From an uncultured Bdellovibrionales bacterium (GTDB lineage Bacteria > Patescibacteriota > Minisyncoccia > Moranbacterales > GWC2-37-73), in the NCBI GenBank assembly GCA_964484505.1, contig CAZAFB010000003.1:37044-101043 (forward strand): a DNA stretch of 64,000 bases. The letters are read 5' to 3'. The notes below the pieces were generated by a model. The model worked only from the letters and a program-made list of their open reading frames with translations. It was not told the origin of the DNA and ran no database searches. The position numbers and the translations under genes are program-made. Below, piece after piece: positions 60,506-64,000 of this stretch. Position 1 is the first letter of the stretch. Each line of letters starts with the position of its first letter.

Positions 60506-60736
60506 ATGACAGACAATAGAGTATATGAAGTCATCATTGAAACGCTCGGCATAGACAGGGCTGCTTTTGATGAATTTTCTAAAATAGAGGATATCTGCAA
60601 GGATTCCATCCAGATATTTAGTTTAATTATGGCGTTTGAAAAGAAATTCGGACAAAAAGTTGATTATGATGATTTGGTGAATATTGAAACTGTGGGTGAT
60701 ATAATGAGATTGGTCGAAAGACTTGGAAATAAGTAG
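60506..60736 (+). CDS. Acyl carrier protein
   Basis: 76 aa acidic protein; DSI...L..AFEKKF...I.TVGD. Confidence 0.85.
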   Translation: MTDNRVYEVIIETLGIDRAAFDEFSKIEDICKDSIQIFSLIMAFEKKFGQKVDYDDLVNIETVGDIMRLVERLGNK

Positions 60737-60762
60737 GGAATTTTTACAATATGTTATAAAAC

Positions 60763-60883
60763 TAGAAGTTACGCATCTGCATAAATTTCAAGCAAATATA
60801 TATTTTTTGCTTGCCTTTCACGGCCGGCAGTGCGCAAAAATAATATTTGCTGAAATTTTGAAAATTCAAACGTGTAAGTTCTA
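60763..60883. mobile_element. MITE-like element, family I
   Basis: tagaagttacgca ... cgtgtaagttcta TIR; internal similarity to 17173-17254. Confidence 0.7.
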
Positions 60884-60903
60884 AAAATATTTTTTACAAA
60901 AAT

Positions 60904-61674
60904 ATGGCAATTAAAAACCAAGCTATTTTTATAGGATTGCTTCTTCCGGTTTTGCTCTTGCTTTGCATGGCAATTTATGCCGGTTTTTTCAAAGATTTTG
61001 CTTTTAAGATTAAATACGGCTCCTATTCTTTTTTTGGCACCAAGGAGAAGATGAATGCGATTAATGTTGAGAGTATTGCAAAATCAAAAAAAGATAGAAC
61101 CAACGTGACTGTAGTTATTCATGGTGCTGGCGCTGAATATTATAAAGATGTTTATGGTACGGTAATTTGGCTAAAAGAGCAGGGGATGAATCCGATTTCA
61201 TTTGATTATGATTTCAGGGAAAGCCCTGATGTTTCAGCCGGGAGGCTCAAAAAATTTATTGAAGAAACATTGCTTGAAACAGGAAATGAAAAAGTCGATA
61301 TTCTCGGCATATGTTTGGGAGGCATGTTGGCAAAATATTATGCTCAGGAATATGGTGGTGCCTCCAGCATCAGGAAACTTGTTACGATAATTTCTCCTGC
61401 ATTGGTCATACCTGAAAAAGAACCGGCTTACATGTATGATAAATATTTTTCTTTCGACCCGGATCCTTGGAATGAAATATTGGTCAAATTGGAAAATATT
61501 AATCCGGTAGTTGATCATCTCTATTTGTATTGCAGAAAAGATTTGCTAGTCCCGAGTAAATATCAAAGAGCGGAAATCGGCAATTATTTCGGTTTTGATT
61601 GCGGACATGCCTTTATCAATACCAACCCGCAATTACTTCAAAAGGCCGGAGAATTTTTAGAGACACGAAAGTAA
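60904..61674 (+). CDS. Membrane-anchored alpha/beta hydrolase with Cys nucleophile elbow
   Basis: VVIHG, KVDILGICLGG, D.LVP, GH. Confidence 0.8.
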   Translation: MAIKNQAIFIGLLLPVLLLLCMAIYAGFFKDFAFKIKYGSYSFFGTKEKMNAINVESIAKSKKDRTNVTVVIHGAGAEYYKDVYGTVIWLKEQGMNPISFDYDFRESPDVSAGRLKKFIEETLLETGNEKVDILGICLGGMLAKYYAQEYGGASSIRKLVTIISPALVIPEKEPAYMYDKYFSFDPDPWNEILVKLENINPVVDHLYLYCRKDLLVPSKYQRAEIGNYFGFDCGHAFINTNPQLLQKAGEFLETRK

Positions 61675-61698
61675 AAAGGAAATTCAACGAATGATGAT

Positions 61699-62817
61699 AT
61701 GGAAAAATGGAAATCAATAAGGGATTTTTTAAACCACAAGCTGTATGTGTATTTTCTCAGGAGAATTTTTTTTCAGATAGATCCCGAGCGTATACATAAT
61801 ATTATGATATCTTTTGGGAATTTCTTGGGGAAATATTCCTCAACAAAGAGGGTAACTTCTTTATTCTTTGGTTATGAGAACGATTCTCTGAAACAGCATA
61901 TTTTAGGACTTGAATTTGCAAATCCCATTGGTCTGGCTGCGGGATTCGACAAGGATGTGCAACTGACCCAGATATTGTCCGAAGTCGGATTTGGTTTTAT
62001 GGAGGGAGGTTCGGTAACGGGAGAAAGTTGTGAGGGCAATCCCAAGCCCAGATTATGGAGACTGAAAGAATCCAAGAGCCTTTTGGTTTATTATGGCCTC
62101 AAGAACGAAGGTTGTGAGCGAATTGCTGGCAGGCTTAAAGGAAAAAAAATAATTTTTCCTTTGGGTATAAGTGTTGCAAAAACAAACAATGAAAAAACAG
62201 TTTCTCTGGAAGGAGGAATCGAAGATTATCTAAAAGCTTTTCGTGAGATGTCCGGGATTGCTGATTATATAACCATAAACATAAGTTGCCCGAATGCTTT
62301 TGGGGGCTGTCCGTTTACTAGCAGGGAATATTTGGAGGCATTGCTTTCGAAAATAAGTTCTGCTCGCAGCAGCAAGCCAATATTCCTAAAATTATCGCCA
62401 AATCTCACCAAAGAAGAACTGGATACGATTATTGAAGTTTCCGGAAGATATGGCATTGATGGTTTTGTGTGTAGCAATTTAACCAAAGACAGAAGAAATG
62501 GAAAAATAAAAGACCTTGGTTTCCCGGAAAAGGGTGGGATGAGCGGCAAGGTGGTGGAAGATCTTGCCGAAGAACAGATAAAGTATATCTTTTCCTTAAC
62601 CAAGGGGAGATTCGTCATTATCGGTTGTGGTGGTGTTTTTTGTGCCGAGGATGCCTATCGGAAGATTCGTTTGGGTGCTTCCTTGATTCAAATGATTACA
62701 GGAATGATTTATGAGGGTCCACAAGTTATCGGTCAGATAAACCGAGGTCTTGATCAATTGCTGAAAAAAGACGGTTTCGTTTCAATAAGTGAAGCGATCG
62801 GTGTTGATAATGAATAA
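61699..62817 (+). CDS. pyrD: Quinone-dependent dihydroorotate dehydrogenase (class 2)
   Basis: DPERIH, NPIGLAAGFDK, GNPKPRL, NISCPN, KLSP, GG.SG. Confidence 0.92.
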   Translation: MEKWKSIRDFLNHKLYVYFLRRIFFQIDPERIHNIMISFGNFLGKYSSTKRVTSLFFGYENDSLKQHILGLEFANPIGLAAGFDKDVQLTQILSEVGFGFMEGGSVTGESCEGNPKPRLWRLKESKSLLVYYGLKNEGCERIAGRLKGKKIIFPLGISVAKTNNEKTVSLEGGIEDYLKAFREMSGIADYITINISCPNAFGGCPFTSREYLEALLSKISSARSSKPIFLKLSPNLTKEELDTIIEVSGRYGIDGFVCSNLTKDRRNGKIKDLGFPEKGGMSGKVVEDLAEEQIKYIFSLTKGRFVIIGCGGVFCAEDAYRKIRLGASLIQMITGMIYEGPQVIGQINRGLDQLLKKDGFVSISEAIGVDNE

Positions 62818-62820
62818 TTT

Positions 62821-63492
62821 ATGTCCAAGATAGACTTCTATTTGATGCGTTCTCAGAAAGGTCTTCAACAAGCTGCGGATCTGGTGCAGTTTGAATATGA
62901 AAAAGATGGATATGTAAAAGTTCTTGAAAAAGACGAGCGGGTGCCGATTTCAAAATATAACAAAGAATCAAGTTCCTTTACTTTTTTGGCGAAAAATGAA
63001 GAATTGGTTTTGGGTACGGTGAGTTTGGTTTGCGATGGAAAATTCGGAATTCCTTTGGATTCTATTTTTGCTCAGGAAATGCAGCTTTTGCGGGCGAAAG
63101 GAAAAAAGTGCGCTGAAATATCTCAGCTTGCCATCAGGCGCGATGCGGTCGATCTTCTTGGATTGAATCAACGAAAAATTCAAATGCTTTTACTTTTGCC
63201 TTTGTTTAAACTCGTTTTCTATTGTGCTAAAGCTTGTGAAATAGATACGCTTTGCATTACCATAAATCCCAAGCATGATAAATTTTATCTGGCTCTTGGC
63301 TTCGAGCCTCTCGGTGAAGAAAAAACATATGAAGCAGTTGGTGGTGCACCGGCGCTATTGAGAAAACTTGAACTTGATCGCGCCTCCGAAATGCAAGAAA
63401 ATATCGTGACGCGCGAGATTCTAAATGGACCTATAGAGTTCTCTTTCCTTGATAACAAAAATGATAAAGTTGTCTTTTCTCAAGGGTATTAA
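62821..63492 (+). CDS. FeeM/NasY-like N-acyl amino acid synthase (GNAT fold)
   Basis: GTVSL..D...G.PLD.IF..E, AEISQLA, ITINPKH..FY..LGF, V.GAPA. Confidence 0.78.
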   Translation: MSKIDFYLMRSQKGLQQAADLVQFEYEKDGYVKVLEKDERVPISKYNKESSSFTFLAKNEELVLGTVSLVCDGKFGIPLDSIFAQEMQLLRAKGKKCAEISQLAIRRDAVDLLGLNQRKIQMLLLLPLFKLVFYCAKACEIDTLCITINPKHDKFYLALGFEPLGEEKTYEAVGGAPALLRKLELDRASEMQENIVTREILNGPIEFSFLDNKNDKVVFSQGY

Positions 63493-63496
63493 TTTT

Positions 63497-64000
63497 TTAA
63501 CTTTTTGTTTTGAGCACTTCTGCAAGTTTTTTTCTTCCTGAATCAAGTGATGGTTTTTTGGCGTAGCCTATTCGGAAAAATGCTACAAAAACACCATTTT
63601 TTACGCCCTTGAATTTGCTTGAAAAATGATGATGTATTTTTTTTCTGATGTTTTCGTGCTTTTTAGATAGCCCGCCCTTGTGGAGTTGTCCATTGAGGAT
63701 AAAAGCGATGGGTCCGAAGAGTGGTTGCACGGAGATGCCTTGCTTGGAAAACTCCAGCCAAAGGGATTGCAAAAGTCTCCCACCCTCGGCATAAACATGA
63801 GGATGCCTCTCCAAAGGGGAAACTATCGCTACCAAGCCGGCGGACTTTCTGATTGTATTTCTGGTGTGTAAAACGGAACCTATCGCCAACATTTTCCAAA
63901 TCAAGGGAAATTTTGAAGCGGCGAATATGGCTGGCCTGAATAAATGCTTTTTTAATCCCAGTTCTAGACTGTCTATATGCAAGCCGTCAGCATGCTTTTT
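63497..64000 (-). CDS. Nitroreductase-like protein, C-terminal part (5' end outside window)
   Basis: GR.LQ.LWL.....G.S.QP, FRIGYA...S.R pattern of nitroreductase C-terminal domains. Confidence 0.65.
   Translation of the reverse strand, partial: KKHADGLHIDSLELGLKKHLFRPAIFAASKFPLIWKMLAIGSVLHTRNTIRKSAGLVAIVSPLERHPHVYAEGGRLLQSLWLEFSKQGISVQPLFGPIAFILNGQLHKGGLSKKHENIRKKIHHHFSSKFKGVKNGVFVAFFRIGYAKKPSLDSGRKKLAEVLKTKS

Overview
This is a low-GC bacterial chromosome segment using genetic code 11 (TGA ends parA and ftsA). Gene content and style suggest a Patescibacteria/CPR organism, Parcubacteria/Moranbacteria-like (inference). Core genes: the F1Fo ATP synthase operon (atpBEFHAGDC), parA/parB, relA/spoT, topA, dprA, pth, lepB, hisS, rpsU, ybeY, ftsA/ftsZ, infA-rpmJ-rpsMKD-rpoA-rplQ-rplM-rpsI, frr, rseP, greA, lysS, serS, tRNA-Leu(CAA) and tRNA-Lys(TTT). 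The most striking unexplained signal is a dense set of ~90-140 bp imperfect-palindrome elements, built from short tandem units, at most stop-to-start junctions of the atp and ribosomal operons. One family occurs both empty (845-938, 2421-2512) and full (15123-15608), where the same arms with a perfect 18-bp terminal inverted repeat enclose a GxxExxY (PD-(D/E)XK-type) gene. A four-helix-bundle gene is likewise enclosed by inverted repeats. Together these suggest an undescribed family of mobile cassettes with no recognisable transposase. Other findings: a MITE that duplicates TATG start codons, palindromes inserted in frame in atpD and pth, elements duplicating tRNA ends, a tRNA-shaped RNA with a long anticodon-arm insert, two Cys-rich exported proteins with internal signal peptides, and an ACP/PPTase/ThiF/FeeM/nitroreductase cluster resembling N-acyl-amino-acid/oxazolone biosynthesis. 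All calls were made by eye without database searches.
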